A stretch of 64,000 nucleotides of DNA from Candidatus Hydrogenedentota bacterium. GTDB lineage: Bacteria > Hydrogenedentota > Hydrogenedentia > Hydrogenedentales > SLHB01. Positions 42,201 to 52,185 of the stretch are shown here, one piece after another. The position numbers and the translations under genes were made by a program. Position 1 is the stretch's first letter; each line of letters opens with the position of its first letter. The stretch is from positions 1 to 64,000 of the forward strand of contig CAVUWV010000009.1 of assembly GCA_963745075.1 (NCBI GenBank), read 5' to 3'. The notes under the pieces are model-generated. The model ran no database searches. It was not told where the DNA came from and was given only the letters and a program-made list of their open reading frames with translations.

Positions 42201-42439
42201 GCGAAGAGCAGACGCTTCGAATTCGCGAAGCGTTTGCCGCTCGCGATGGGGTGAAGCTGGAACGACACGCGCACACCCTGAAAGGATCCGCGTCCAACCT
42301 CGAAGCCGGAGATATCGCGGATATCTCCAAATCGTTGCAGTCATTTGCCTCGGCCGGTGATTGGGATTCGGCGGCGGTTTGCATCGGTGACCTGGAACAA
42401 GCCTTTCAACGATTTAAGTCGGCCGTCGCCGTTTCGTAG
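39209..42439 (+). CDS. Hybrid histidine kinase (periplasmic sensor-HAMP-PAS-HisKA-HATPase-REC-REC-HPt)
   Basis: [43 protein letters not shown], two receivers (VDDN/DSRMP and AEDN/DGQMP) and [10 protein letters not shown]. Confidence 0.95.
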   Translation: MKTVKKNLLRDLSIGKKLTLLVMIPSAAALLLATAALIAWDLFSFWSSMEADLRSTASVIGNNSAAALMFDAPQEAEDIMSAMSAIEDVEFGYLFTESGRLFARWSAHPDTDHYAPIKIPKKSVTHDTRQIIVVHPIERDGNPIGTFVLVSNLDRFWQRVYRHALVFSIAIAAALILALGLETRLRRLITEPIFHLADIAERLSREKDYSIRARTFGRDEIGLLIEQFNAMLERVEARDASLQQAQAELETRVFERTKALQQEIVDRERAQKALRDSEARLRGVLEDQTEFVHRMKPDGTITYANGAYARFWNSLPEDLVGQNLMEMIPVPDSTRLSRDLARMTADNPMQTQRIPIARTDEEPRWYEWTIRGFFDESDRAVEFQSVGRDITDRKRAEDAVVRAMQEAEQANSQLQDAIARANQMAQEAEIANAAKSEFLANMSHEIRTPMNGIIGMTGLLLDTELDDVQRDYAESVRESSNALLSIINDILDFSKIEAGRLELEIIDFDLRVALEDVLDLLALRAHEKGLEIASLAEPDVPSLVRGDPGRLRQILINLVSNAIKFTEEGEVVVHVSLAEEYENEIIARFEVRDTGIGIPGDRLDRLFKSFSQVDGSTTRKFGGTGLGLAISKRLVHLMDGEIGVESEEGNGSTFWFNCRFALQSGGDSQDTFLAESLEGKHILIVDDNQTNRSVLGQQLLQFGCRSSEAAGGPAALESIRQAKRAGDRFDLVIVDSRMPGMDGQGLARAIHKDDACDDPLLVLLTSSGRRGDAVQYHELGFVAYLTKPVKRSQLFDCLSAALGTRKWVKKGKPLPLLTRHSVSEQKRHARRILVAEDNQVNQKVARRIIEKLGYSADTVANGREAVSAIQQIPYDLVLMDGQMPEMDGVEATRAIRALEDGTGRHTPIVALTAHAMEGDRERYLHAGMDDYLAKPLEPSELAKMIEYHLNKKIMGAPHEARLCKRTRKPVFNQRALLARLDNDIELAEELVQVFLADSEEQTLRIREAFAARDGVKLERHAHTLKGSASNLEAGDIADISKSLQSFASAGDWDSAAVCIGDLEQAFQRFKSAVAVS

Positions 42440-42475
42440 GATTGGCGAGTACCTTCAATACGCGGTGGAAAGCTC

Positions 42476-43084
42476 ATGGAAGTATTGATTGCGGAAGATG
42501 ATCCCACCTCCCGGCGCATGCTGGAAGCGATTCTTCAAAAGTGGGACTACAAGGTGCGTACCGAGGCGGACGGCGCGCGCGCGCTCGCCGCGTTGCAGGA
42601 GGACGACGCGCCACGATTGGCGCTCCTGGACTGGATGATGCCCGGGATGGACGGAATCGAAGTCTGCCGTCGCATCCGTGAACTAGAAAAAAACGCACTG
42701 CCCTATATTATCCTGGTTACTGCCCGCGCCAAGAAGTCGGACATCGCTTTCGGTCTGAACGCGGGCGCGAACGACTACGTCGTAAAACCCTTCGACCGCG
42801 ACGAGCTACGGGCCCGAATCGGCGCCGGCGAACGGATCGTCTCGCTCGAGCTGGCGTTGATGGACCGTATCGCGCAGCTTGAAAAGGCGCTGGACCATAT
42901 CAAGACACTCCAGGGAATTCTCCCCATCTGCATGTACTGCCGGCGCATCCAAAACGACGAGGCGACCTGGCAGCGGCTCGACGAGTATGTCACCCTCCAT
43001 TCCGATGCGGAATTCAGCCACGGCATCTGCCCGGAGTGCACGGCCAAGTATCATCCGGAATTGCTGGAGGGTGGTGGAGAATAG
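42476..43084 (+). CDS. Response regulator with a C-terminal Cys/His (putative Zn-binding) domain
   Basis: LIAEDD, LDWMMPGMDG and KPF, then LPICMYCRRI...FSHGICPEC. Confidence 0.9.
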   Translation: MEVLIAEDDPTSRRMLEAILQKWDYKVRTEADGARALAALQEDDAPRLALLDWMMPGMDGIEVCRRIRELEKNALPYIILVTARAKKSDIAFGLNAGANDYVVKPFDRDELRARIGAGERIVSLELALMDRIAQLEKALDHIKTLQGILPICMYCRRIQNDEATWQRLDEYVTLHSDAEFSHGICPECTAKYHPELLEGGGE

Positions 43085-43175
43085 GATAATGCGGCCCCAT
43101 TTCACGCTTGGCCGGCAGGGGTGAAGTGACAGCCGATCCCGTTGCCGCAGAAAGTTCGGAAGGAGATGTGCAACC

Positions 43176-44651
43176 ATGCTTGAAACGGTCGACCTCAAGG
43201 CTCGCCTGACGAAATCCGAATCGAAAAAAGCACTGGAGCGCCTGGACCTTGAACTCGCGCAATTACAGCGCGACCTCCAGCCGGACGGGTCCCCCGTGCT
43301 CGTGGTATTCGAAGGGTGGGACGCCGCCGGCAAGGGGTCCGTGCTGAATCGGTTGCTCCAACCCTTGGATCCGCGCGGCTACAAAGTACACAACATTAAA
43401 GAGCCGACCGAGGAAGAGCGAATGCGCCCTGCGCTGTGGCGATTCTGGCTCACCGCCCCCGCTCGCGGATCGATTGCCATATACAACCATAGCTGGTACC
43501 GGCAAGTCCTTAACGAAAGGGTCGAAGGAGACTCGGGCCGCGCTGGGTTACAAGAGGCCTACGAGCGCATCCGCACGTTTGAACGGCAGCTCCAGGAAGA
43601 CGGCGCCATGGTCGTCAAGTTCTTCTTCCACATTTCCAAGAAGGAGCAGGCCAAGCGTTTCAAGCGAATCAGCAAAGACACAGCCTTCGCGTGGAAGGTC
43701 GGCAAGGCGGAGCGAAAACGACACAAGAAATACAACGACTACTACGAAGCCACGGAGGACATGCTTCGCGAAACGTCCACCTCATACGCGCCGTGGACGA
43801 TCGTCCCCGCCACCGATGAAGAATTTGCGGAGGTCATGGTCGTCGAAACGTTGCACGCGGCGCTGAAAGCGGCCGTTACGCATCGGGACACCGCGCCGGC
43901 CGCCGCGATTGTTTCGCCGCCGCGCCGGACGAGTCCCCTCGACCGCGTGGACTTGTCCGTCGATATCGCCCGGAAGGACTATGACAAAGCCTTGCCTAAG
44001 CTCCAGGCCGAAACCCGAAGGCTGCAGCATCGCTGTTATTTCAAGCGCACCCCCGTCATCGTCGTATACGAAGGGTGGGACGCCTCGGGTAAGGGTGGAA
44101 ACATCCGGCGGCTCACACGCGGACTGGATCCCCGGGGCTACGAGGTGGTCCCCATTGGCGCGCCCCAGGGCGAAGAGAAGCGTCGCCACTACCTCTGGCG
44201 TTTCTGGTCCGCACTTCCGAAAGCCGGCCACATCACCATCTTCGACCGGAGTTGGTATGGCCGCGTACTTGTTGAGCGCGTCGAAGGCTTCGCCGCTCCG
44301 CACGAATGGGAGCGCGCCTACCGCGAAATCAGTGAGTTCGAACAGCAATTGGTGGAATTCGGAACCGTGCTGGTGAAATTCTATCTTCACATTTCCAAGG
44401 ATGAACAACTCAAACGGTTCCAGGAACGCGAAGAACAACCGCACAAGCGATGGAAGATCACCGATGAGGACTGGCGGAACCGGGAGCGGTGGGAGGATTA
44501 CTGGGACCCCGTCTCCGATATGATCGAACGCACGTCCACGCCGCACGCCCCTTGGATCATTGTTGAAGGCAACGACAAACGATTCGCGCGGATCAAGGCT
44601 TTGCGCACCGTCAACGAACGGCTCTCGGCCGCCCTCGGCGAGTCGGGTTGA
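43176..44651 (+). CDS. pap: Two-domain polyphosphate kinase 2 (polyphosphate:AMP phosphotransferase)
   Basis: EGWDAAGKG and [15 protein letters not shown] twice, [15 protein letters not shown] and [11 protein letters not shown]. Confidence 0.9.
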   Translation: MLETVDLKARLTKSESKKALERLDLELAQLQRDLQPDGSPVLVVFEGWDAAGKGSVLNRLLQPLDPRGYKVHNIKEPTEEERMRPALWRFWLTAPARGSIAIYNHSWYRQVLNERVEGDSGRAGLQEAYERIRTFERQLQEDGAMVVKFFFHISKKEQAKRFKRISKDTAFAWKVGKAERKRHKKYNDYYEATEDMLRETSTSYAPWTIVPATDEEFAEVMVVETLHAALKAAVTHRDTAPAAAIVSPPRRTSPLDRVDLSVDIARKDYDKALPKLQAETRRLQHRCYFKRTPVIVVYEGWDASGKGGNIRRLTRGLDPRGYEVVPIGAPQGEEKRRHYLWRFWSALPKAGHITIFDRSWYGRVLVERVEGFAAPHEWERAYREISEFEQQLVEFGTVLVKFYLHISKDEQLKRFQEREEQPHKRWKITDEDWRNRERWEDYWDPVSDMIERTSTPHAPWIIVEGNDKRFARIKALRTVNERLSAALGESG

Positions 44652-45676
44652 CGAAGCCGGTGAGGACCGTTCCGTACCGCGTGCCGTACCGTGGAGGGTT
44701 TCGTTTCACCGGTTCTTCGATAGCCGGGTTTACCCTCGTCGAGCTGCTGGTCGTTATCTCCGTCATCGGGATTCTAGCCGCGATACTGTTGCCGTCGCTC
44801 GCCCGGGCCCGCGAGGCGGCGCGGCGGACGGCCTGCCAGAACAACCTTCGGCAATTCGGCCTCGTCTTTGCCATGTACGCGGGCGAAAACGATGGCGATT
44901 TCCCTCCGCCTGCACCGTTCGGAAGCGTTCGGGCGGACAGCTTATCTTCCCCCCTGTTCGAAGCGCCCCGCGGGCTCAGTCTGGTACCCGAATACCTGAC
45001 CGATGCGAATATCGCCCAGTGCCCCTCGGACGCGGGTTCGGACCCTGGATGGGCGAGCGTTGGCCCCCGTGTGCCCGCCGGCACCATCGATTTCGATGCC
45101 TGGCAACGCGACGCACTGGACGCGCACGACGATGTCTCGTACGACTATTACCTGTCCGCGGAACTCGCGCGTTCGTACATGTACAAAGGATACGTGGCGG
45201 CAAACAGTCCCGAATACTACGGAATATGGGGAGCGAAAACGACAAACCCTGCCGTGGGCGACGTGGCCATTCGCGGTCTCGGTACGGTCAGGTACAAGGA
45301 CTATACGGTCGACTTGCCAATCGAACCGGGGATTTGGCCTCCCTGGGTTCCGTCACCCCCGTTCGCATCGGGAACTTCAGGCTCGGGCACCGTGTTCCGC
45401 ATTCGGTCCGGCATCGCGCGCTTCTACCTCACCGACATCAACAACCCGGCCCAGTCCGCACGCGCGACAAGCACAATCCCTGTGATGTGGGATACGTTCG
45501 GCAGCGGCGAGTTCAGCGATAACGAAGACGGCGGCGTCGTGTTCAACCACATCCCGGGCGGAAGCAACGTCCTCTACATGGACGGTCACGTTCGTTTTGT
45601 TCGATTCCCAGGGGGATTCCCGATCGTAAACAATGAGCAGGTCGTGAAAGAGAACAGCCACCACGGACTCGGTTAG
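44648..45676 (+). CDS. Prepilin-type N-terminal methylation / DUF1559 / H-X9-DG domain protein
   Basis: [41 protein letters not shown] and C-terminal [16 protein letters not shown]. Confidence 0.92.
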   Translation: MTKPVRTVPYRVPYRGGFRFTGSSIAGFTLVELLVVISVIGILAAILLPSLARAREAARRTACQNNLRQFGLVFAMYAGENDGDFPPPAPFGSVRADSLSSPLFEAPRGLSLVPEYLTDANIAQCPSDAGSDPGWASVGPRVPAGTIDFDAWQRDALDAHDDVSYDYYLSAELARSYMYKGYVAANSPEYYGIWGAKTTNPAVGDVAIRGLGTVRYKDYTVDLPIEPGIWPPWVPSPPFASGTSGSGTVFRIRSGIARFYLTDINNPAQSARATSTIPVMWDTFGSGEFSDNEDGGVVFNHIPGGSNVLYMDGHVRFVRFPGGFPIVNNEQVVKENSHHGLG

Positions 45677-45699
45677 CGAGGAAAAGAATGGGGGAGGCG

Positions 45700-46029
45700 T
45701 CAGTTACCGCTCATCGAGCGTGACTTGTACGGCATACCGATGGGCGGGTTCTGATCGGCGGAATGACTCGACTTATACTTCTGCTTCTTGGAAGGCTCGC
45801 GGCTGCTCAACGTATTGCGACGCTTCTTCAATGGCTCCCGCGAATTGTACGTCTCTTTGCTTCCGCCGGTATAAGTGCTTGGACTCAAGGCCTTTACTGC
45901 GGTGTTGGCCGCTGTGTTCACCACGGAGTTTGCGAGACTGTTGACGGACTGCAAGGTGCCACAGCCCGGTACCAGCAAGGCCGCCGCCGCCAACAAAACC
46001 ACACAGCCCATCCCACGAACGATTCGCAT
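45700..46029 (-). CDS. Small basic lipoprotein
   Basis: Hydrophobic signal ending LVPGC; two similar blocks, NSREPLKK and SSREPSKK. Confidence 0.6.
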   Translation of the reverse strand: MRIVRGMGCVVLLAAAALLVPGCGTLQSVNSLANSVVNTAANTAVKALSPSTYTGGSKETYNSREPLKKRRNTLSSREPSKKQKYKSSHSADQNPPIGMPYKSRSMSGN

Positions 46030-46156
46030 GTTCTGCACCCCTCGAAGCATACCCATACAATAAATAAGTTGACCGCTCAGGTCAAGAGTTTTTCGGGACC
46101 GTTATACGCGGTGGTTTCGCGCCCCGACGTTGATTCGATATCGCATACGTGTTTGA

Positions 46157-46930
46157 ATGGGCTCCGATTCAGCCAGGAACAACGAAAGGATATCACAGGT
46201 GGTTCAAACCAGGCCCGAGGCGATACTCTTTGACATGGGCGGCGTTCTCCTCGAATCGGCGGATATGTGGGACGACTCAGGCTTCCATAAGTCGTTTCCT
46301 GACGGACTTCCCGAGCCGATTTTGGAGCAATGGTTCCTCGATATGTCCAAAGCGCTGATCCGGGCGTACGAGGCCTTGCCACAACCCCGTCACGGCATGG
46401 ACCCCCGTCCATTGATCGCGGAATGGCTTCCGAAAGCACAGGTGGACCCAACGCCGGAAGCTATCGAACGCTGGTACCGGATTATGACGCGATGGGAGGT
46501 CCGGCCCCTCTATCCCTTCGTTCGGAACACGTTGGAATCGTTGCGCGCCATGGGTTTCCGGCTGGGTTTGATCTCAAACACCCTGCTGGTCAGCGATGGG
46601 CATCGAACGCTGTTTCGCGAGGGTGGCATACTCGATCTGTTTGAATTCATGGTGTTTTCGGCCGAATTCGGTATGAACAAGCCAGACCCCTCTATCTTTC
46701 GCCACGCCCTGGAGTCCATGAAACTCGCCGCCGACCAAGCCTGGTATGTGGGGGACAAACCACACCGCGACGTGTGCGGCGCGCATCGCGTCGGAATGAC
46801 TGCGGTTCTGGTCGACAGTACGTACCACGACCGCATCCAGGATGCTCCGGAAAACGAGCCCGAGTTGCTGATCCCGGACATCTCGGCGCTGCCTGCGTTG
46901 CTGGGGGCTATTGAAGTTTCCTCGAACTGA
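46157..46930 (+). CDS. HAD-superfamily hydrolase
   Basis: FDMGGVL, LISN, KPDPSIF and VGDKPHRDVCGA. Confidence 0.88.
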   Translation: MGSDSARNNERISQVVQTRPEAILFDMGGVLLESADMWDDSGFHKSFPDGLPEPILEQWFLDMSKALIRAYEALPQPRHGMDPRPLIAEWLPKAQVDPTPEAIERWYRIMTRWEVRPLYPFVRNTLESLRAMGFRLGLISNTLLVSDGHRTLFREGGILDLFEFMVFSAEFGMNKPDPSIFRHALESMKLAADQAWYVGDKPHRDVCGAHRVGMTAVLVDSTYHDRIQDAPENEPELLIPDISALPALLGAIEVSSN

Positions 46931-47971
46931 TTATGCGTCGGGCGGGGCCACGGGCATGAGGATAGAGAAGCGCGCCCCGCCATCGAGGCCATTTTCAAAA
47001 GAAACCGTGCCCCCATGGGCCGCAATAATGCGGTGTGCGATCGTGAGCCCAAGGCCGGTTCCACCTTCTTTTTTGGTGAAGAAGGGCCGAAACACGTCCT
47101 CGCCGGGTTGGAGTTTGATCCCGGGGCCATTGTCTGCGATCGTGAACAAGACGTCATCGTCCGATGCCTCGACCCGGATGCTTACCCGTCCGTCGCGGCC
47201 TACCGCTTCGATGGCGTTATTCGCGATATTCGAGAGCGACTGGGCGACCCGGTACAGGTCGGCATGGATCTTGATATCCAACGGACATTTCGTCTCTATG
47301 GTTACTTTCTTTTGCTCCGCCCTCCGGCGGCAAAGCTGCACCGTGCGCTCGACGATGGCGTCGGCTGTACACTTCCCGCGCTGCAACTCGAAGGGACGCG
47401 CAAACCCCAGGAATTGGGAAATCAACCGCTCCAAGGCGGAGGTCTCCCGAAGGATCGTCTGTGCCGCGTTCAACCGCTCATCTTCGGGATCCAATTTTCG
47501 GATCAGCAATTCCGCCATACCGCTGATGATGCTGACCGGGTTCCGCAGTTCGTGAACGACCCCGGCCGTGAGTTCGCCGAGTGCGGCAAGTTGACGGTTC
47601 AACTCCGCGGACCGCTCCAACCGAACGCGTTCGGTCATGTCGGTGAACAGCACAATAATGCCGTTGAGCGATTCTTCGCCCGCATGGACCGACGCGCTCA
47701 GGCCGATTTGCTTCACGACACCGCTCGGGAGTGCCAGCGTCACCTCGTGGCGCGAAATGGGTTCGCCGGAGTCGGTAACGCTTGCGAGCACATCCGCCAG
47801 CGGCGTGGCATTGGGCACATCGTCCAGCGCGGTTCCAGGAGCCAGTGCGGAGGGATCGACGTCCAGATAGGCGGCGGCGGCCGGATTCGCCATGACGATT
47901 CGGCCCGCGCGGTCGAGGGCAATGACCCCGCTGCCGAGATTGTTCACGATTTGTTCATACAAATTGAGCAT
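46931..47971 (-). CDS. Cytoplasmic PAS histidine kinase (NtrB-like)
   Basis: GVIALD...ANPAA, DMTER, VHELRNP, NAIEA, DNGPGI and FFTKKEGGTGLGL. Confidence 0.92.
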   Translation of the reverse strand: MLNLYEQIVNNLGSGVIALDRAGRIVMANPAAAAYLDVDPSALAPGTALDDVPNATPLADVLASVTDSGEPISRHEVTLALPSGVVKQIGLSASVHAGEESLNGIIVLFTDMTERVRLERSAELNRQLAALGELTAGVVHELRNPVSIISGMAELLIRKLDPEDERLNAAQTILRETSALERLISQFLGFARPFELQRGKCTADAIVERTVQLCRRRAEQKKVTIETKCPLDIKIHADLYRVAQSLSNIANNAIEAVGRDGRVSIRVEASDDDVLFTIADNGPGIKLQPGEDVFRPFFTKKEGGTGLGLTIAHRIIAAHGGTVSFENGLDGGARFSILMPVAPPDA

Positions 47972-48032
47972 GCGCTACAAGGCTTTGCCCTGCCCTCTGG
48001 ATTCTACCCCGTTGTGTCGCGCCGCCAGTGTG

Positions 48033-48881
48033 TCAGATCCGGCTTCGGATTTCACGTGCCAGCGCCACGAACTCGTCGAGGCTCATGGTCTGCGGACGAC
48101 GCGACGGATCGATCCCCGTAGCCTCGAACGCAGCCAGAACGGCGTCTTTCGGCGCGCCAAATGCACCCGCCCGCGTCAACGAGTTGCGCAAGGTTTTTCG
48201 GCGCTGGCTAAAGGCGGACCGGATAATCCGCATCACGAACTTTGCGGGGATGTCCGGGTATGGATTCTCCGCGTGACATCGCATTCGAACGATGCAACTG
48301 TCGACCCGGGGTTGCGGCCGGAAACAGGTGCGCGGCACATGATGGACGATGTCGACCTCCGAATAGAGCGCGGCGGCCAGTGCCAGCACGCCGTAGGCGG
48401 GGCCACCGACCGGATCGACCATGCGCAGCGCCACCTCTTCCTGCGTCATTACGACCATCCGGTCGAAGTGCAGCGACGATTCCCAGAAGTGAAACAGGAC
48501 CGGCGTCGTGATGTAGTAGGGAAGGTTGGAAACCATCTTCAGCGTTTTCGCGCCGGGCAGGTACTCGGCGACGAGTTTCTCGAACGTCGTGATTGAGCGC
48601 GTCCCCCGAAATAGTTGCACCTTTTGATTGGTTCCGAACTGGTCCTCGAGACACGGCATGAATGACCGATCGATTTCGATCGCGAGTACCCGGCCGGCCC
48701 GTTCGGCCAGTCGGTGCGTCAACGCGCCCAAACCTGCGCCGACTTCAATCACGTCATCGGCATCACTGAGCGCCGCTGCATCCACCATAATGCGGTTGAT
48801 GTTCTCGTCAAGCAGCAGGTTTTGTCCCAACTGTTTCTTGAACGAGATGCCGTATTGCTCGCACAGATCCCGCAGCGCCAT
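48033..48881 (-). CDS. rsmA: 16S rRNA m6,2A dimethyltransferase
   Basis: KKQLGQNLL, IEVGAGLGALT, IEID, VSNLPYYITTP, PRVDS and FSQRRKTLRN. Confidence 0.95.
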   Translation of the reverse strand: MALRDLCEQYGISFKKQLGQNLLLDENINRIMVDAAALSDADDVIEVGAGLGALTHRLAERAGRVLAIEIDRSFMPCLEDQFGTNQKVQLFRGTRSITTFEKLVAEYLPGAKTLKMVSNLPYYITTPVLFHFWESSLHFDRMVVMTQEEVALRMVDPVGGPAYGVLALAAALYSEVDIVHHVPRTCFRPQPRVDSCIVRMRCHAENPYPDIPAKFVMRIIRSAFSQRRKTLRNSLTRAGAFGAPKDAVLAAFEATGIDPSRRPQTMSLDEFVALAREIRSRI

Positions 48882-48931
48882 GTGTTCGCCGATCTCCCCG
48901 TTGTAGCGTGTGACTCGCCACGGACGAAAGC

Positions 48932-48955
48932 AGCGGAAGCCGGCTGGCTTCCGCT
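48932..48955. other. 10-bp hairpin upstream of rsmA
   Basis: AGCGGAAGCC-GGCT-GGCTTCCGCT. Confidence 0.5.
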
Positions 48956-49091
48956 CGCGGGCAGTGTACCAAAGGGGCGCGCAACCTCACAACGATCGGC
49001 TTGAGTGGGTGCTCATGCTACCCCATTTTACGTTGACCGTTTGGTGAGGCGCTGATATGATCGTCCCGGCTGCATTGGGGAGTTGGCCGGC

Positions 49092-50733
49092 ATGGCGAAA
49101 GTAGAGATAGAACAACCCGGAGTACCGCCGATTTCCGTGCCCTTGGACAAGGATACGGTTCATCTGGGGCGCGCCGAAGACAACGACGCGGCGTTGGTCG
49201 CGGACGAAGTCTCCCGCCATCACGCCAAAATCGTGCGCCGGGGACCGCAGTTCGTCTTGTACGACCTCAGCAGCCTTAACGGCACCTACGTCAACCGGCA
49301 ACGCGTGGTTGAGCGCGTGCTTTCCGACAAGGATGAAATTTGGCTTGGCAGCAAATGCCGGATCATGTTTCAGGAGGAAGCGCCGGCGCACCCTTCGCCG
49401 ACGAAAGAGGTGGATTCGGCGCTGATGCAGGATCTCGACAAGATTCGCGCGGAAATGGAGAGCGTCGGAAACAGCATGACCCTCATCGGCATGCAGGCCA
49501 AGACGCCGACGCCGACCGCACCCCACACTCCCGTGATTTCGCAGGAAGATATCGTGAAAATGGGTCGCGCTTTCCGCCGGCTCGACGCGTTGTACAAGGC
49601 CAGCAAGGTTATTGCATCCGAGTTCGATCTCCACAACCGGCTGTCGGCGGTTCTAGACACCGCGATTGAGGTCATGGGCGCACAACGCGGGTTCATCATG
49701 CTGAAGGACGAACTTGACGATACCCTCAAAGTCCGTGTTGCCCGGGCGATGGGGCAGGAATTACAGTCCAGCTCGCCCAGCATGGGCATCGCTGGACGCG
49801 CCGCCTCTGATGGTGAACCGGTACTGATGGCCAAACGCGACGAAGACTCGCAGTTTGGCGGCCGGGCGAGCATCATTCGCCAGCAAATCTCCAGCGCCAT
49901 GTGTGTACCCCTGAAAATCGAGGACCGCATTCTGGGTTCAATCTACCTCGACACCCGTGTCCCAACCCATACATTTATCGAGGAGGATCTCGAACTCTTC
50001 GCAACCCTTGCCGCTCAGTCCGCGATGGCTATCGAGAACGTCCAGCTCTACGAGCGCATGGTCGAGGCGGAGAAAAAGCGCGCAAACCTGGGACGATTTC
50101 TTTCGCCGTCTATCGTCGACGAAATCATGAAAGAAGACACCGTCCTTGAATTGGGCGGGCGGAAACGGGTCGTGACGACGGTCTTTTGTGACGTCCGCGG
50201 GTTCACGCCCATCGCCGAACGGGTCTCCCCCACCGAACTCGTGGATATGCTCAACGAGCATTTTACCGCCATGACCGCCATCATCTTCGAATTGGAGGGC
50301 ACCCTCGACAAATACATCGGCGATGAAATCATGGCTGTCTTCGGATCTCCTCTTGAGCACGGACGACGACGCCTTACGCGCGGTCAAGGCCTCGGTCGCG
50401 ATTCAGAAGAAGAATGCAGAACTGAACGAGCGGCGAAAGCAGGCGGGACGACCACTGTTCGAGTTGGGCATTGGCGTGGCCACCGGGGAATCCATTGCCG
50501 GATACATCGGATCGCCCGACCGGATGGAGTTTACCGTCGTGGGTGACAAGGTGAACACGGCGCGACGCCTCTGCTCGCTGGCCGAACCCGGCCAGGTAAT
50601 CGTCTCCGAAGATACGTTCGAACTGATAAAGGATTCCGTCACCGCGCGGGCAATCGGGACAGTCATGCTGAAGGGCAAAGAGGAACCGGTCCACGCCTAC
50701 GAAATCGAAGGCGTCCGCCCGCAGTTTGGATGA
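49092..50733 (+). CDS. FHA-GAF-class III adenylate/guanylate cyclase, frameshifted near 50352
   Basis: LGRA..N, VSRHHA and SLNGTYVN (FHA); SAMCVPL (GAF); FCDVRGFT and DKYIGDEIMAVFGSP. After the shift: GIGVATG and FTVVGDKVNTARRL. Confidence 0.92.
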
Positions 50734-50809
50734 GTTGCCGTCCCGATGAGGGGCGTTTCCGGTATGCGATCGTTTGGCTCGGGCCGCCGGGGAGTGGAGC
50801 GAAATCGAG

Positions 50810-51373
50810 TTACGGCCCGGTGGGGCGCTCGCCCCCGAGAGTCACAAGTTTCACGATGATGCCGATAAGCGCCACCGCCCCCAGCGCCAAGGCTATCTGC
50901 GGTCCCCACAACGTCAAGAATCCAGGACTTTCCGGTTGCTCCGTGGCTGTGTGGGTTGATAGTTCTTGAATCAGCGCATCTTCGTCATTCGCCTGCTGAC
51001 GCTGCTCTTCCAGCGCTAACGCCGACTCCCGCGCTTTTTCCGCGAACTCATACTGAGTCTTTGGAATCCAGGCGCCGGCTTTCGTTTTCACGAGACCCTG
51101 GTTGGCACGGTACTCGTCGAATCGCTGTTGCCTCGCTTGAGCGTCTTCATATTGCCAATCAAAGATAGCGCTCCGATTAAACGTCTTGCGCGTCGTCTGA
51201 TCATCCGGATAGTCGTACTGAAACTGCCAGACGTCCCCATTGGCTGTTACGCAGGTTCCGTAGAAGTCCTGCGCACTTTCGTCCTTGAGATCCACGTGGA
51301 CGGGCTTACCCAGTTCGGGCGCCTCCAACTGTCCCGTGATAACCGACGCAAAAAGAACTGTAACGAGTATCAT
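50810..51373 (-). CDS. Hypothetical exported protein with a C-terminal membrane anchor
   Basis: Hydrophobic N-terminus, helical middle and C-terminal TM (IALALGAVALIGIIVKLV). Confidence 0.65.
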   Translation of the reverse strand: MILVTVLFASVITGQLEAPELGKPVHVDLKDESAQDFYGTCVTANGDVWQFQYDYPDDQTTRKTFNRSAIFDWQYEDAQARQQRFDEYRANQGLVKTKAGAWIPKTQYEFAEKARESALALEEQRQQANDEDALIQELSTHTATEQPESPGFLTLWGPQIALALGAVALIGIIVKLVTLGGERPTGP

Positions 51374-51464
51374 AAAAGTAGTATAAGTGGCCCCGGTGTC
51401 TGCCGCAAGTCTGGCGCATCGGGTACGAAGGAAGGGACTTGGCTTTCAGAAGGATTCACGCCGC

Positions 51465-52067
51465 ATGCCTGAATCGGTCGCGTTTCTCCTATGCATTGCC
51501 ATCCTGGCGGTGGGTTCCGCGTTGGTAGTCTGGTATGCGCTGCGCTCGAGCCAACCGCAGGACCGCGCTTCCGGCCAGAGTTCTGGTAGCGTGGCGGAAT
51601 TGACCTGTGCGTCTTGCAGCAAGCCACTGGTGATCAACCGGGCGGACCTCACCGAACTGTCCAAGCCGGAAATCGCCTTGAGCGTCCGGGCGCAACCCAA
51701 ACTATCCGGAAAAAAGCTGGTCGAGTACGTGTGCCCGTATTGCGAAGCCTCCCACTGTTTTGCCGTCGAGGGACGGCGCTTGGAATGGGTCGGCATGAAT
51801 CTCTACTCCCCTCACGGCGGGGGCGCCCGGTGTATGGATTGTGGCAAGCCGCTGCGGACCGCCCCGTGGCCGCCGGGGACGTACGATGGGCGGCTGAATG
51901 AAGCACCGGCGATGCAGCCTGATTATGGTCTGGTCTGCTCCAAGTGTCACGCCATCGTCTGCTATGGTTGTACCCAACTCGCCACGCGTGGCCGGACGAA
52001 AGACGGTACCCTGGTGTGTCCTCGGTGCCAGAGATCGCCGGTGGACAAAACGTATCACCCGGTGTAA
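51465..52067 (+). CDS. Membrane-anchored protein with six CxxC motifs
   Basis: TM helix, then CASC, CPYC, CMDC, CSKC, CYGC and CPRC. Confidence 0.75.
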   Translation: MPESVAFLLCIAILAVGSALVVWYALRSSQPQDRASGQSSGSVAELTCASCSKPLVINRADLTELSKPEIALSVRAQPKLSGKKLVEYVCPYCEASHCFAVEGRRLEWVGMNLYSPHGGGARCMDCGKPLRTAPWPPGTYDGRLNEAPAMQPDYGLVCSKCHAIVCYGCTQLATRGRTKDGTLVCPRCQRSPVDKTYHPV

Positions 52068-52185
52068 CGTGTTTTCCCGCCGTGGCTTGCGGTGTTCGGC
52101 GTCCTTGTCGAGGGAACCCGCGCCGGGTTCAAACGTATAGTAATTTCTAAGGTTTAGCTACGCCGAAGAGAGGGGTATTCTACCC

